Shown here: positions 12,657 through 26,200 of the stretch, piece after piece
Layout: every line of letters starts with the position of its first letter
Position numbering within the stretch: position 1 is the first letter of the stretch
Origin: Pecten maximus
Lineage: Eukaryota
Direction of reading: 5' to 3'
NCBI RefSeq assembly: GCF_902652985.1
Contig: NC_047024.1
Coordinates: forward strand, 31,930,001 to 31,994,000
Length of the DNA: 64,000 nucleotides
The notes under the pieces: model-generated
Told to the model about the DNA's origin: nothing
Databases searched by the model: none
What the model saw: the letters and a program-made list of their open reading frames with translations, nothing else
Program-made: the position numbers and the translations under genes

Positions 12657-13325
12657 GGTGTTCAGGTGGCACAGTGGTAACATACCTGCCTTTCACCTAG
12701 ACAGCCAGTGCCAGGGGTTTTTCTTACTTGTTTAGGATGGGGTATTTTTGTCTCCTTAAATTGAATTAGGAAAGGTAATTTCATGAGTATACTGCAAATA
12801 TGGAGTGAATTTGGCCAAAATAAGAAATAATTTCAATTGGGAATGGGGCCCATTACTGGCCCCAAAAAGCCCTCAGAAAAGTTAATCTGTTAATCAAAAT
12901 ATAGATGGTCATTCCCATTACGCTACAAGAACATCTAACGACATCGCATAAGAGGTCATTTCAGGATGACCTTTTGGATTACCCAATCAAAATACTACTT
13001 GCAGAATCTTGGAAGTGAATTTTGTATCTGCGAAATATAGCTTGCATAATCTGTCAATCTGTTTCGTCCAACGAAGCATATAATGATGTACCAAAATGGT
13101 TAGCTTCAGATGCTGTGACGAATGGGATGTCGTTAGATGTTCATGTAACGTAGTGAGAATGACCATCATTACTTTAATCAGATTGAGAAAAGTTTGGGTT
13201 TGATTCCTCAATTGGACATGAAAAGGTATGGGGTAACCTACCCTTCAGACCATGTGGTTCCATTCGGCCGAACAAGAGTGATTAATATAAATTAATATAA
13301 CTTGTTTCACAATTATTGTCTATTA
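12657..13325 (+). mobile_element. Degenerate tRNA-derived SINE interrupted by nested insertions
   Basis: An A-box-like GGTGGCACAGTGGTAA at ~12666 and a B-box-like GGTTTGATTCC at ~13197 are separated by inserted sequence, including the MITE below. Confidence 0.4.
12904..13167. mobile_element. MITE with ~45-bp imperfect terminal inverted repeats
   Basis: GATGGTCATTCCCATTACGCTACAAGAACATCTAACGACATC at the left is inverted to GATGTCGTTAGATGTTCATGTAACGTAGTGAGAATGACCATC at the right. No ORF. Confidence 0.8.
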
Positions 13326-16061
13326 AAAAATGAAGGTTACAATAAAAATTGCAATTTCAAGCATATGTACAATAACAACTTGTCTGCTTCAGATTAAACT
13401 TTTAGGAGTCCAGCTCTAATCCAGATTAAGACACCAGATTTTTATTCACAATCTAATATATTTTACGCTGCTGAATTATTAAGAAATCTGTATCGATTTT
13501 GATGGCTACTTGAGTGAAAGTTAATTATTAATTTGATTTGCTACAAATATATGAAATGACAACTAGTCCTGTACTAATATTGCTTGAGTACATGTTGTGT
13601 TGGGATGGCTAGTTTGACTTGTAGTAATAAATATCTATGTATGACCTATTTTGTAGTAATCAATCAGCTAAGATAGTAACTATAACTTATGGAGTTACTT
13701 GATCCATATTCATTCAATTTTGAAATGCGTGTCTCATTCAGTTTCAGGTTTGGTGATAAAATTCAAAGCATTTTCTACTATTATTGTTCTGTTGATATGA
13801 TATGAAAAGAGCTCTCTTGTTAGGAATATATTTGGTAAATCGGAATTTTACAGTTGTATATTAAATAGTACAATAAAGTAACAATACAATCACTGGTCAT
13901 AATACATGTATGCTAAATGTTGAGTGTTGTGCAAGGGAGATAACTCATCATATACTCTATACAATAGAGATAACATTGTCCTCTTTCTGACAACTTACTT
14001 TTTATATATTTTTTTTTTCAGAAAGGGAATATCTTCTGATTGTAATCCAGTCACCAAAGGTCCTCTGTTAGATCAAGGACATCATCATACTATGATCATC
14101 TTCAATGCCAAGTGATTTAGTCCTTGTGGAAAGACTTTAATATTTGTTCAAAATTGTATGTTTTGCTACATAAAGGGCTTAAAAAATGTGTAGATTTGTT
14201 TACCAATTTACAATCAATATGGAAAAGTGATTTTCTTTTTGATAACAGAGGGTGATGTAATCTACAGAGATGTATGCAGCATTACTATGTAAGTCAGTTT
14301 GTTGTTGTATATATTAGGTACAGAAGTCAAAACATCTTTCAATGTACAAACTGCAAAACTAAAGAACATAAAATACTTGAAGACTTTACAAAAAGGGGGT
14401 TTATTTATTCATGTATATGTCATAAAACATATTAAAAATACATAAACATATTGTGATGTTGTTGTTTTTAAAAAAGAAAACCTTCAGTCTATTACTAAGA
14501 GGCTAACAAGGTCAAGATATTTGTGTATTTAACGAAATACTTATAAACCTTCCCATTCCTTCTTATAAAGGTCCAGAAGGCCTATAGAGAAATTGTATTG
14601 TCACTGGTGGTAATGATGAAGAATTATGATTTTATAGGCTGATGGCTCAGTATTTGAAGATTATGACATATTATACTTTGTAGTTCATCTAAACATACTT
14701 CATTTCTTTTCCTTGTACAATTTTGTGTTTTGGTCATTCAAAATATGTAGTGCTTATTGATGCTAATTGTACCTCAGATTTCGTTTGTAGGTTAACCTTG
14801 GTCCATAAATGTGTATGCTTATTTTATTGACTTGAGAAGCAGTAAGTTTGGATTTTTACAGTAAAAATTATTGACCAACAGAGAGGAGGTAGCCACATAT
14901 TAACAGATTGGTTATATTGTAAATTTGTTTCTAAAAGAAAACTAAAGACCTCGGATGCAATAAATTTTGAAACTTTATTCACATGAAGCAATTGCACAAT
15001 GCAAAGAAACTGCCTGTTATACTAGGACAATACAGAGAATGAGGGCGATTACACAGCCACCATACAATGTACATTGATATATTAATCAAGCATTATGTGT
15101 GTACGCCATGTGTTTCTGACTTGTAGTTTGGGACTATTCAGCAGTAGAGTATTTTGTTCCTACACATTGCAATTATCAGTTCTCTGATTGTTCTGTGACT
15201 TTGTTGAAACAAAGTACTTAAATGTAGATCATGTACATTAATCCATGCATGTGATGATATGTGCATTATTCCAAACCTCATCACAACACCAACTTTTGAA
15301 AACAAATTTGAAGTGTAATTATCAAAACCTAGATCCATCCCAGAAATTGTTTAGGGCCTAATCTGTAGGCTAAGTCATTGGTTTAATTACCACTAGATAT
15401 GTGAAATTTATAAATGTACATCAAATTAATCCTGAAACTAATTAAAGGTAGACATGGCACAAGTATCAGAAATATTAAGATAAGGTGAAACATTCCTAAA
15501 TCCGACGATGGACACTTATACATGGCTATATCAACGTATTGGGTTACATTTAGCCTACGAGTGAGCTCGTATCTTGTTTACAGAATCAAAATCGGAATGT
15601 TTTACCATCTTTTGGGATATATTTCCCTGTGAAATGAAGGACAGCAAAAATGAAAAACAACATAACAGATCAAAACATTAAGCAAAGGCGTACAACTGTC
15701 TACTCAGTACAAATATAGGCAAAGGAGACTAACTGCAGGTGCACCAGTGTATGTTAACTGTACATCAGAGAAGTTAAAATAAGGTTTAGATGAAAAATGT
15801 AGAAGCAGTACAAATATAGAATAACTGCCATAGAAATACCTTGTGTATGTATCAAGAAAGAAAGCATGATGCATATAAGCTTCATTGGGTGCTGATTAGT
15901 ATTGACATCACCAAAGTTTAAAAAAAAAAAAAAAAGATGTCCAGAAAAGATTCATGAGTCTACAATTATAGTAAAAGGGGCATAACTGCCACAAGATATG
16001 AAGATCCCAAAAATTACTTCAGTGTTTGATGACTTCATCCCCAAAGTTTCACCAAGATGTG

Positions 16062-17075
16062 AAACAAGAGATCCCAGAGGGATCTTGGCGCCCACCATTG
16101 AATGATCTTTATAGGTTCAATGTCAGATTGATCTTTTCTCTACTTTTCCCTTCCTCTAAGTCTTACTAATCTGTGTAAATTCAGAAACAGCCCTCTAGTA
16201 CTTTTCAAACAAGGGGAACCTATATATAAAATTTAAGATTTAGCGATCATGGCTGTCTGTCGGCCATGTTGTTTTCGGATATGTCCCAAAATGCAATACC
16301 AGGGACCAAGGGGAACCTACATATGAAACTTGAGAAAGATCCCTTCAGTACCTTCTGTAAAATAGCGATAACAAACTTCGATTGTCAAAATCCAAGATGG
16401 CTGCCTGTCGGCCATGTTGTTTTCCGATAGGTCTCAAAATGCAATATACATAACTAGGCACCAAGAAAAACCTACATATGAAATTTCAGAAAGATCCCTT
16501 CATTAGTTTCTGAGAAATAGCAATAACAAACTTCAATTGTCAAAATCCAAGATGGCTGCCTGGCGGCCATGTTGTTTTCCGATTAGTCTCAAAATGCAAT
16601 ATGCATAACTAGGCACAGAGGGGAACCTACATATGAAATTTCAGAAAGATTCCTTCATTACTTTCTGAGAAATAGCGATAACAAACTTCAATTGTCAAAA
16701 TCCAAGATGGCGGCCTGTCGGCCATGTTGTTTTCCGATTGGTCTCAAAATGTAATATGCATAACTAGGCACCAAGAGGAACATACATATGAAATTTCAGA
16801 AAGATCCCTTCAGTGCTTTCTGAGAAATAGCGATAACAAACTTCAATTGTCAAAATCCAAGATAGCTGCCTGTCGGCCATGTTGTTTTCCGATTGGTCCC
16901 AAAATGCAATATGCATAACTAGGTACCAAGGGGAACCTTTATATGAAATTTGAGAACGATCCCTTCAGTACTTTCTGAGAAATAGCGATAACAAGAATTG
17001 TTTACGGACGGACGGACGGACCACGGACGCAGGGCGATTTGAATAGCCCACCATCTGATGATGGTGGGCTAAAAA
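16062..17075. mobile_element. Non-autonomous Helentron-like element (HINE/DINE-type) carrying a 155-bp tandem array
   Basis: End hairpin AGATCCC-AGA-GGGATCT plus subterminal GCCCACCA. About 4.8 monomers (CAAAATCCAAGAT at 16386, 16541, 16696, 16851). GGAC microsatellite. Terminal palindrome GCCCACCATC-TGAT-GATGGTGGGC. A-run flanks. Confidence 0.88.
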
Positions 17076-17653
17076 ACTGTAGGAGATTGTCAATCAAAAT
17101 ATAACCTTCCAGATCAGTAAAACACCTACAATAATAGTCCTAAAAATCATTATCTTTATATAAAGTACTGTTATCTTTAATAGATATGCAATTACAAAGG
17201 TGATAATGTTTCAACCAAAGAAAATAAATGGATTAAGATACACTTTTATTTACTATACACTTGTAACACATATTTATATATATCTTATATTAAAGGTTTT
17301 GGGTCCAAATGAATACACAATTATTTTTTATGCATATTTACATTTAATTTTATTTTGGTGTGATAATAAATCCAACAATACACTCTATATACCTCTTTAT
17401 TGTTGAGAAACCATCTTCATTAAAAGCGAGATTATTATCACTTAAAGTCACAGGATCTAATATTCAAATAAAATATTACGTCAAATAGACAATGCTTTTT
17501 GGAGGAAATAATATGCAGATTTTATACAATTATAACCATTTAAAAAGACCTGTGTTTTCAATTCAAATTTTTAGCACCTTTTAAGATTTTTATCCGACTT
17601 CTCTTTGAACAGAGTAATAAATAACAATACTATATATAGGTCTCTAAAAACTG

Positions 17654-18184
17654 ACAAGAGGTTCAATGGGTCTGTATGGCTCGCCTGACATTGTAACATG
17701 GGTTTAAGTATTATGAGTTTGTTTTGCAAAATAAGTCATTGATAGTTGATTATTGTGAACTTTGTTTCGAGATATATTGAATAAAGGACTGACCTTCCTT
17801 TTGACGACATAATGCAGTTAGTAGGCAACAACCGTACATATTATCCATAGGGTACATCTAGGCTTTCGATTAATGAGAAGTAATTCAATTTATTTTTACA
17901 CATGTGACCTTTATGAAGGTCAATGTCATTCATTTCAACAAACTTATCAGTAGCCTTTACTCCTCCAAGTATGTGACAAGCCCAATATACATGTAAGGTA
18001 CGGTATCTTGATTTAAGATTTTAATATATTCAGGGCTCCCGTGACCTTAAAAGTAAGGGTCACTCATTTGAACAAACTTCATAGCTCTTCACCACAGCAT
18101 GAATTGGGTGAAGGGTCTCTTTGTTATTGAGAAGAAATTGTTTGAACGAAAAAGTTGACAATTGAATGCCAGGTGAGCTAAAAA
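17654..18184. mobile_element. Degenerate HINE-type element
   Basis: Starts ACAAGAGG..GCTCGCCTG and ends CCAGGTGAGCTAAAAA. Internal GTGACCTT..AAGGTCA motifs. Confidence 0.65.
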
Positions 18185-19399
18185 TAGGGTGGGTGTCCTG
18201 AGTATACTTTTGAGGTATATTAACCCATAAAACAGGAGATTTTAGATTAATTTCATGAATAAAGCAAGGATCATATTAAGTGAAAAGAAAACATACAACA
18301 AATTTAATATACAAAAGAACACTGATTATATGATACACAACTATTTATACCTACAAATAAAATCTCTATCACAGCATTGGAGCTTTCAAATTACTCCAGT
18401 TTTAACAAAAATATCACAGTTGTTACAATAAAACAAAGGCAATTGCAGGAATGTATAAACCTATTTAAACAACAACAAAATAAAAAGTGATAACTTTGTC
18501 ATCAATCATTATACATATTCATAATATAACTCATTTCTGGAAACCAGCTATCCAATATACAGTGATTCATGCTGCAGATTAAATATTCTACTGATTTTCA
18601 TCAGCCAATTGACATACAGTCTGATGACTTCTTAATATATTAAAAGTAAAATCTATGACAAGTAGTTTTTTTCTTTTTAATTTCATTTTTCCTGCAAAAG
18701 CTACATCGTTAAAAAATGTTTCCTGCACATGCATGGTTTTACCACCTTCAATGTACATGACTCGTTAGGTTTTGTCTCACCGATTATAGTCAGTGCTCTG
18801 TCAATATGCAAAAACATGTCAATCATGTTTGATGTTGTTTTTGAGCAGCAGGTTCAGTCATTAAAGTTTTACATCCTTGATTGTGTTCGATTTTTCAGTA
18901 TAATTGACAATACAACATATCCATTTACAAACATTCATATCTCATGATAACTTCAAATCAAATGGCACGTTTAAGTAAATTGTGACAGAAGTAATACACA
19001 GTAATACACAGTATTACTTTTCTTGTCAAAATGTCTATAGCCATTTAAACATAACAGGTGGGAAATATGATCATAATTGGCCCTCTAAAGAGTCATGTCT
19101 GTATATGATAAATATATATATCCTCATGTCAACATACATTAAACTATAGCATGAGTATTAGTGAAACTAATGAATGCTTCCGGATTGTATTTGGTCATAC
19201 ACCACACTAATGATGCATATCTGTAAACAGTATGTTAAAATGGAGAATTTCAAAGAGGAAAGAATAATGTTTGAACATATAATACACGCTTTTGGGTCCG
19301 ACACACACTTATGCTTCAGCTATGAAAGTAACAGCATGTTAGTGATGTACATGTCAGCTATCTGTATAGGCATCAATTCAAATAAAGTCATACTTTGGA

Positions 19400-19800
19400 C
19401 ATAACATTTTAACAAAGGTTAATAACTGCAGTAATTAAGAGGTTGTTGACCCAGACTTGTTACACTGCACATTGTCTTAGTAGGACCCTGCCACAAAATT
19501 TTAACAAAGGGCAATAACCCTGTAATTAAAGGGTTGCAGGCCAAACTTTGATACACTGCAGATCATCTTAGTATGACCAATGTATTGACCAAGTTTCATT
19601 TTCCGTTTAAATGCAAGCAAAGTTATGTTCCAGACACAAAACTTAAACAAAGAGTAATAACTTAATTAAGTATATATAGCCTTAGAGTTGTACACACCAA
19701 GTTTCGAGATCCTTGCTAACTGTTGTCAAAGTGATGCTCTGAACACAAAACGCAAAGACAGACAGATTGACAAAGCAGTAATTTTATGCTACCCTTAAGA
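19400..19800. mobile_element. Degenerate HINE-like relic
   Basis: Repeated TTTTAACAAAGG.CAATAAC, CCAAGTTTC motifs and a GACA microsatellite. Confidence 0.45.
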
Positions 19801-20939
19801 GACTTTACCTTCATGCCAACATAAAGAAATAAATAGTCTTGGTCAGTATGATAAATATTATGCCCTGATGTCAACTAATAATTCACAAAAAAGTATCTTA
19901 AAATAAAAAGAAATGTCAGTCAGATATTCTCATGTTATAATACTAACATATATTACTGTACACAAAAAGAAACTTCAATTTGTCAGTGTGATATTACAAT
20001 TAATAACCCGACGTGAAAAAAATGATCATGAAATCAATAAAATTCCAAATAATACTTAAAAATTACCAAATTAGAATGTATTTGTAAATATAATAGATTT
20101 AAAGGAATGCATTTTTTTATTGGAGGAATGTTTTTTGGAAAGTCTATTTTGGTCATTGGAAAAAAATCATGAAAATTTACATTTAAAATCCTACATTGCA
20201 CAGCGTGCAACAAAATAAGTATAAATATAATCAATTGTCTTTTTTTAATCAATAATTCAGTTACAATTTACTTAATTGAGCTGTCATTAAATAAAAAAGT
20301 AAAAAAAACTCAATAGTACCATGAGTATTAATAATCTTCAGAATAAAAGCAATTTGTGTAACAATTGTGTAGCAATTTAATTTGAACCATATGTCAGTAT
20401 GATAAGTTACTTTCAACAGAAACAAGAGGGAATGGAATGAAAATAATTCAGCTGAATCAAGAGCAAATGATATGTTATCACTGTCAAGGTGGCTATGTTA
20501 TGGCTACCACATCCAATACCCAGTGGCAATACAAATCTTTATATTCCTCTTGTTACTCTTCCAATCTCCATAGCACCATTTACCAAAGAGCACAAACAGA
20601 AAAAACTTTATTTTTTGGCACAGCTTAAAACAGGGTACATATTGATATTTATAACATTTACAGATAACCAGAGGGACAAATTACACTCGAAGAGTAATAC
20701 TGTAGGATTTCCTAACAGATGAACATAACACATTATATTTATACTATATTTCAACAGTTGCTAAATTCAATTCTGCATCCAGATATTACTAACAAAATGC
20801 AGGTCAATCATATAAAAATGAAATGTTATCAATCTCTTTACAGGATGCTTTGTTTTTAACATGATATATATGTACAGTCAGATGAAATACATAGATAGCA
20901 TAATGCATATTGCCCAAAGTAACAATAGCATTGTTCTCC

Positions 20940-21500
20940 TCATATTGTGACAACAATTTTTACCTTGTCTCGTTATTCCCATTTGACAACAACTATCCTC
21001 TTGTCTTTTCCTATGACAACAAAATTTCTCTTTGTCTTGTCTCTTTGACAATAACCTTTTCCCTTATATTCCCCATGGCACAACTTTTCCCCCTTGTCTA
21101 TTTCCTGTGAGATGAGCTTTTCCCTTGTCATTCCCCTGTGATAACAGCTTTCCTCCTTGTCATTCCCCTGTGATAACAGCTTTCCCCTTGTCATTCCCCT
21201 GTGATAACAGCTTTCCCCCTTGTCATTCACTGTGACAACAACTCAACCCCTTGTCTTTCCCCTGTGACAACAACTTAACCCCTTGTCTTTCCCCTGTGAC
21301 AACAAGTTTTCCCATTGTCTTTACCCGTGACAACAAGTTTTCCCCTTGTCTTTCCACCCCAGAAAACATTTTTTTCTCCTTGTCTTTCCCTGTGACAACA
21401 CTTTTTTCTCTCTGTTCTACAACTTCTTCCCCTAAAACAACTCTTTCTCTTGTTTTGTCTCTTCGACAATAACTATAACAATAACAAATACCCTTTGTCA
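20940..21500. repeat. ~31-32-bp pyrimidine-rich minisatellite (probably in the MATCAP 3' UTR)
   Basis: Unit TTGTCATTCCCCTGTGATAACAGCTTTCCCC at 21125, 21157, 21189 and 21220, with degenerate flanking copies. Confidence 0.88.
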
Positions 21501-21966
21501 CGCCTCTGTACCAATAATTAATTGTCTTCTTCATTGTTTCATGTACATTTAAATTACATGGAAGTACAGTCAGGGTATCTTGATTTCAGACTAATGGAAA
21601 AATATAATTTTTGAAGTAATACCAAGTTATTATCTTTAATACATTTATAAAGCATGCAAAAATGTATGAAATTACAATGTATAAACACAATAATATCCCT
21701 GTGTCTGTTATAATTCTGGTTCATGAACATTTTTAGAAGAAAATTATGCTACAAAGCTAATACATGTAGATATATTACAGGATCAGGAGATATGGTTCAG
21801 AGTTCACTTCTTCAGAAAAGAACTTCATGTTGAGGTAATTTACATTAAAGCATACCATTATAATCCTAATGGTGTGAAATCAAAAGGTATACTTTAATAA
21901 GCAGACCACAAAAAAAAACATCACAATAGTTGGTGTGTATTTAACAACCTATAGGTTTACAAATCA

Positions 21967-24900
21967 TCACACATTTTGTAGTACAAGGTCTGTAAGGCCA
22001 TTAGCCTCTGCAATACGATCCAGATGTTTGATGTAGGACGTTCTGTCCTCCATGAATGTTGGCACCCGTGTCCCTTCCAGATCAGCATAACCTTTTAGAC
22101 GATCAACATCCTGGTATGCCACTTTCCCAAGTCTCATCATCATAGGGAAGTCAATCTGCCGGCGGTACTTCAGAATTTGAAGTGCTCCAGATAAATACAC
22201 CTGGTCCTTGGAAAATGCACCTGTGAATTTTTTTGTTAAAAAGTTTTATATCCGAACAAAATAGTACATAAAGATACAGAGTATAGTTAAACAAAAATAT
22301 CCATGAAGATGAATTCAAATACATGTACATGTAGTTTATATTTTTGCAACCAACAGCAGTATTTATCAGATTACATTTAAAGTATTTTGTATTTCTATGT
22401 AAAACACGAGGCCCAGAGGTCCTGTACAGCTCACCTGGTTGGATTTGACCAAATGTCAAAATAATGTTCATGTTCAATTCGTTAACAGCTTTTTCTTACT
22501 AAATTGCTATATATGGTTATGGGGTGGGGATCTCATCTGCTTCAAGGATATAACCCAGAAACTAAGTCCCTTTTGGTTGGTAAGGACCCCTGGGCCTTTG
22601 TTTACATCAATATTGTGTTTATCTCTTTATGCCCAGCAATGCTATATATGGTTATGGGGTCAGGATCTCAAAGGTCGTTTGTAGCAATATAGCCAAATTG
22701 CTCCCTTTTGGCCTCACCCCTCAGCCCCACAATTAATAGCTTTTTGAATCCCAATCACATGAAGATGGTACTAGTCATATATGAGAGATATCCATCGCTT
22801 AGTTCCAGAGAAGATGTTTATAGCAAAATTACTCCCCTTTGGTCCCGTCTCTCAGCCCCTCCTTGGGGAGCATTTGTATTTTTTTGAATCCCCGCCCCCT
22901 TGGGATGCTGCATGTACCTATCACATATCATTGATATCCATTGCTTAGTTCAAAAAAAGAAGTTGCTTATAGCAATATAGCCAAATTGCTCCCTTTTAGC
23001 CCTGCCCGTCATCCCCTGTGGTGTCAGCCCCACGATTTATAGCTTTTTGAATCCCCATCACTAACAGATGCTTCCAGTCAAATTTGGTTACATTCCAATC
23101 AGTAGTTAAGAAGTCATTTTTGTTAAATTGTTGATAGACTGACGGATGGACGACGGAAGCCATAGTGTATATGGCATGGCATAAGCACACATTGGTCCTT
23201 CGAACCAGGTGAGCTCAACATCAAAATTAGCACATTTCAGTAGCATTCAAGGATAAATAAAATACATAATGGTATCAAGTTAAGCTGCTTGTATTTATGG
23301 GATTTTTTGGAAAAAAAATGAATATTTCATTACTCTTAAATCACTGCTCTTAAATCCAAGAAATTTCAAGACATGCATAGGCCATGTTATAACGGTCTGA
23401 TCATCACAGGTGTAAAAACTAAAAGAAACTGACAATAATAAATGTTTAATAACTATAAAATCTGTACCTGGTGTCGAGGTGTCTACCTGGCCACGTTTGG
23501 CACGGATGCAGTAATCCCATCGTACATTTGGGTCATTGACAAACCGACCCAGATCTTTAAACAGATCCTTGAGAGATAGTTTTGAGGCCTTATATACTGT
23601 GTAGTAAAGCAATGCTGACCGCCATAGACAAGGGTTCTTACGGAACAACACACTATGCAGAGAGGCCAGACCCTCCTCTGTTGGGTTCAGCGGTAACAAG
23701 TCCAGCTCCTTACGTACCTTCCAGTTGCACCATGGTTGAAATTTATTGTTATAACTGCGGACATAGTGAGTACCTAAAATACAAATTGTGGTTTATTTAT
23801 GAGTGCCAAATAAGCTTAAAAAAATATTAAAATTATCATTTCATTCAACCTAACAAGCTCACTGTGCACTTATAGAAACACAAAATGGGCACACTGAATT
23901 AAACCATGTATGGGGAAATGTGTCCATGTGAAATCTTGGTGGAAAAGTTCGTTAAAAGACTTAAGATAATATTTATTTAGCAGATCAGTGAGGTAAGGAT
24001 TTTCTATCTTTCAATTAGCGCACACATACTCTGATCTTTTCCTCACAAAAAAAGTTGGGAGTCCACTTATTAGATTGAATACGGTACAAGCCTTTATCTC
24101 AGCCCGATTCATTAATCTTTAGATTACAAATCAAATCAAATACATATATGAAAACAAAAGAATATCTTATACAAACCAAGTTCATGTCGAAGAAGTCCTT
24201 CTACCCAATATTCCCTCAGATTACTAACACGAACATTTAGCTGAGGTTTGCCTTTATGTCTTGTCATTGACCCCCTAGAAAGGAGTTCCTCAGTCAGATT
24301 GACAACAATTTCTTTTTCTATATCTTCCTTCTTGAGATAGCGTTGCACCAAATTGTTGATTTGTCCACGAGATATTATCTGACCACCGGTCTCTGTTTCA
24401 AAGTTCTCATAGCTTCCATACTGATCAATAGCACGCTCCATTATCAAGATCGCCTGATGAAAAAACAGAAACATGCTGCATATTCATGTATCTAATAAGC
24501 ATAGTCTCGTTAACATGTGTGCTTATTCTTAATTTATATTTTGTTTCACTAAATTTCTGTATCTACATATCAATACACTGTATATATATACATGTATATG
24601 CAGTTTGAAGTATCAACAGACATATACAAAATCAGCAAACAAGAGGCCCAAGGGCCTTAAAGGTCATCTGACTCTAGATTAAAGACCCTTATACTATTGT
24701 AGTATGCATTCTCTGTAGCGAGTGTAGTGGCACTGTTGGCCATCTTGGAATTTGGATCAATCCGAAAGATAACAACACTTGATCAAGACTATCTCAGAAT
24801 CATTTCTGGTAAGTTAGAGCTGAATCCCACTGGTGGAATTTGAGAAGTTTGAAATAAGCGTCGTTCAGGAAAACCATGATTGTGCAATCATATTACAAAA

Positions 24901-26200
24901 TGGCCGATGTGACTGCCATGTCAACTTTTTTACGAGGCCGAAAAATAACAACACTTTGTTGGCCTTCCTTCTTTAACATCCTCACCAATTTCCAGCTCAA
25001 TGGCACCGGTGGAACATGAGAAGAATTTTAAAATGTGCTTTTCAAGATGGTTGCCATGACGGCCATCTTGAATTCCGAATCGGCCCGAAAAATAACAACA
25101 CTTGGTCGGGATCATCTCAGGCAAGTTTCAGCTCCACAGCACTGCAGGTAAAACTTGAGAAGTTTAAAATGTGTTTTTCAAGATGGCGCTATGGCGGCCA
25201 TCTTGGATTTCGGATCGGCCCAATTAACATATTATAACACTTGGTCGGGATCATCTCAGGATCATTTCAGGCAAGTTTCCGCTCAATAGCACAAGTGGAA
25301 CTTGAAAAGAAGTTTTAAATGTGAAATGTTTACGGACGGCGGACAATGGACGGACGAAGCATGATGGCTATAGGTCATCCTGACCCTTCGGGTCAGATGA
25401 CCTAAAAAACAGGTAAAGAATTTAATCATTATATTTTGGTAAATTTTATATAATTATATTAAACAATAAATTCTATGTATGACATTAAAGTCTATAACAT
25501 CAGCAAGCCTAATATTTAAGGAGGTACTATCTGAGCTAATTGTTAAATTTGAGTAGCAATTAAAACATGAAGTGCATGTACCTACCTGTGGTATAAACTT
25601 GTCTGAAGCTACACTAACCCTCTCTAAAACTTCAGCATCAGCAGGGAATTTGTAGATGAAGTATGGATTGTACTGACATTTTGCTCGTAGAAATCTTTCT
25701 TTTTCTGCTTTTTCATTGGCTGGTTTGATTGCAGCAAGAAGTGGAATTTTCTTTCTGCGTTCACTGGAAGTGGGTTGGGATGCTTCTGGTAGTGTAGCTC
25801 TTTGTCTTCCAGGTGGCGTGGCTAATCTGTCTATAGAGGAAGAGAGGGCAGTGCTACTTGTAGACATTGGAGTATTGATAGATGGTAGACGAAGACTTCC
25901 TGCTGTGCTAGGGCGTTCACAGAAACGGAATGATGATGAGGAAGTCATGCCATGATGAGGAGTACTACTGGTAGTGTTTTCTGACTTTGACTCCAAAGCT
26001 GATGATGATCTAACTTTTTGTCGACCTAGAGGCTTCATGACTTTAGGACATTTTTTGTTTTTCCTTTTCTTTTTCCGAAGAGACTTAGCACCAGCACTAC
26101 TAGGTTGTGCAAGGTTGAAATCCAAATGATTCATTGCTTTGTCTTTCATGGTTGCAGTGTTACTCACTTTTGTAGCGCTCTTGTGCATAGCTACAGCCAT
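21967..26200 (-). CDS. MATCAP: Microtubule-associated tyrosine carboxypeptidase (MATCAP/KIAA0895 family), 4 coding exons, 483 aa
   Basis: Exons 26200-25586, 24453-24177, 23773-23468 and 22220-21967 splice in frame (phases 0, 1, 1). Ser/basic low-complexity N-terminus. Catalytic motifs YNPYFIY, EGLLRHELGTHYVRSYNN (HExxxH), NPTEEGLASLHS, RWDYCIRAKRGQ and FSKDQVYLSG are characteristic of KIAA0895/KIAA0895L. Confidence 0.94.
22401..23216. mobile_element. HINE-type element in the last MATCAP intron
   Basis: Subterminal AGCTCACCTGG inverted to terminal CCAGGTGAGCT. End hairpin near 22408. Internal diverged repeats (TAGCAATATAGCCAAATTGCTCCC). GACG/GGAC microsatellite. Confidence 0.82.
24637..25408. 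mobile_element. HINE-type element in a MATCAP intron
   Basis: AAACAAGAGGCCCAAGGGCCT hairpin. Subterminal AGGTCATCTGAC and terminal GTCAGATGACCT palindrome. Internal repeats AATAACAACACTTGGTCGGGATCATCTCAGG. GGAC microsatellite. Confidence 0.85.
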
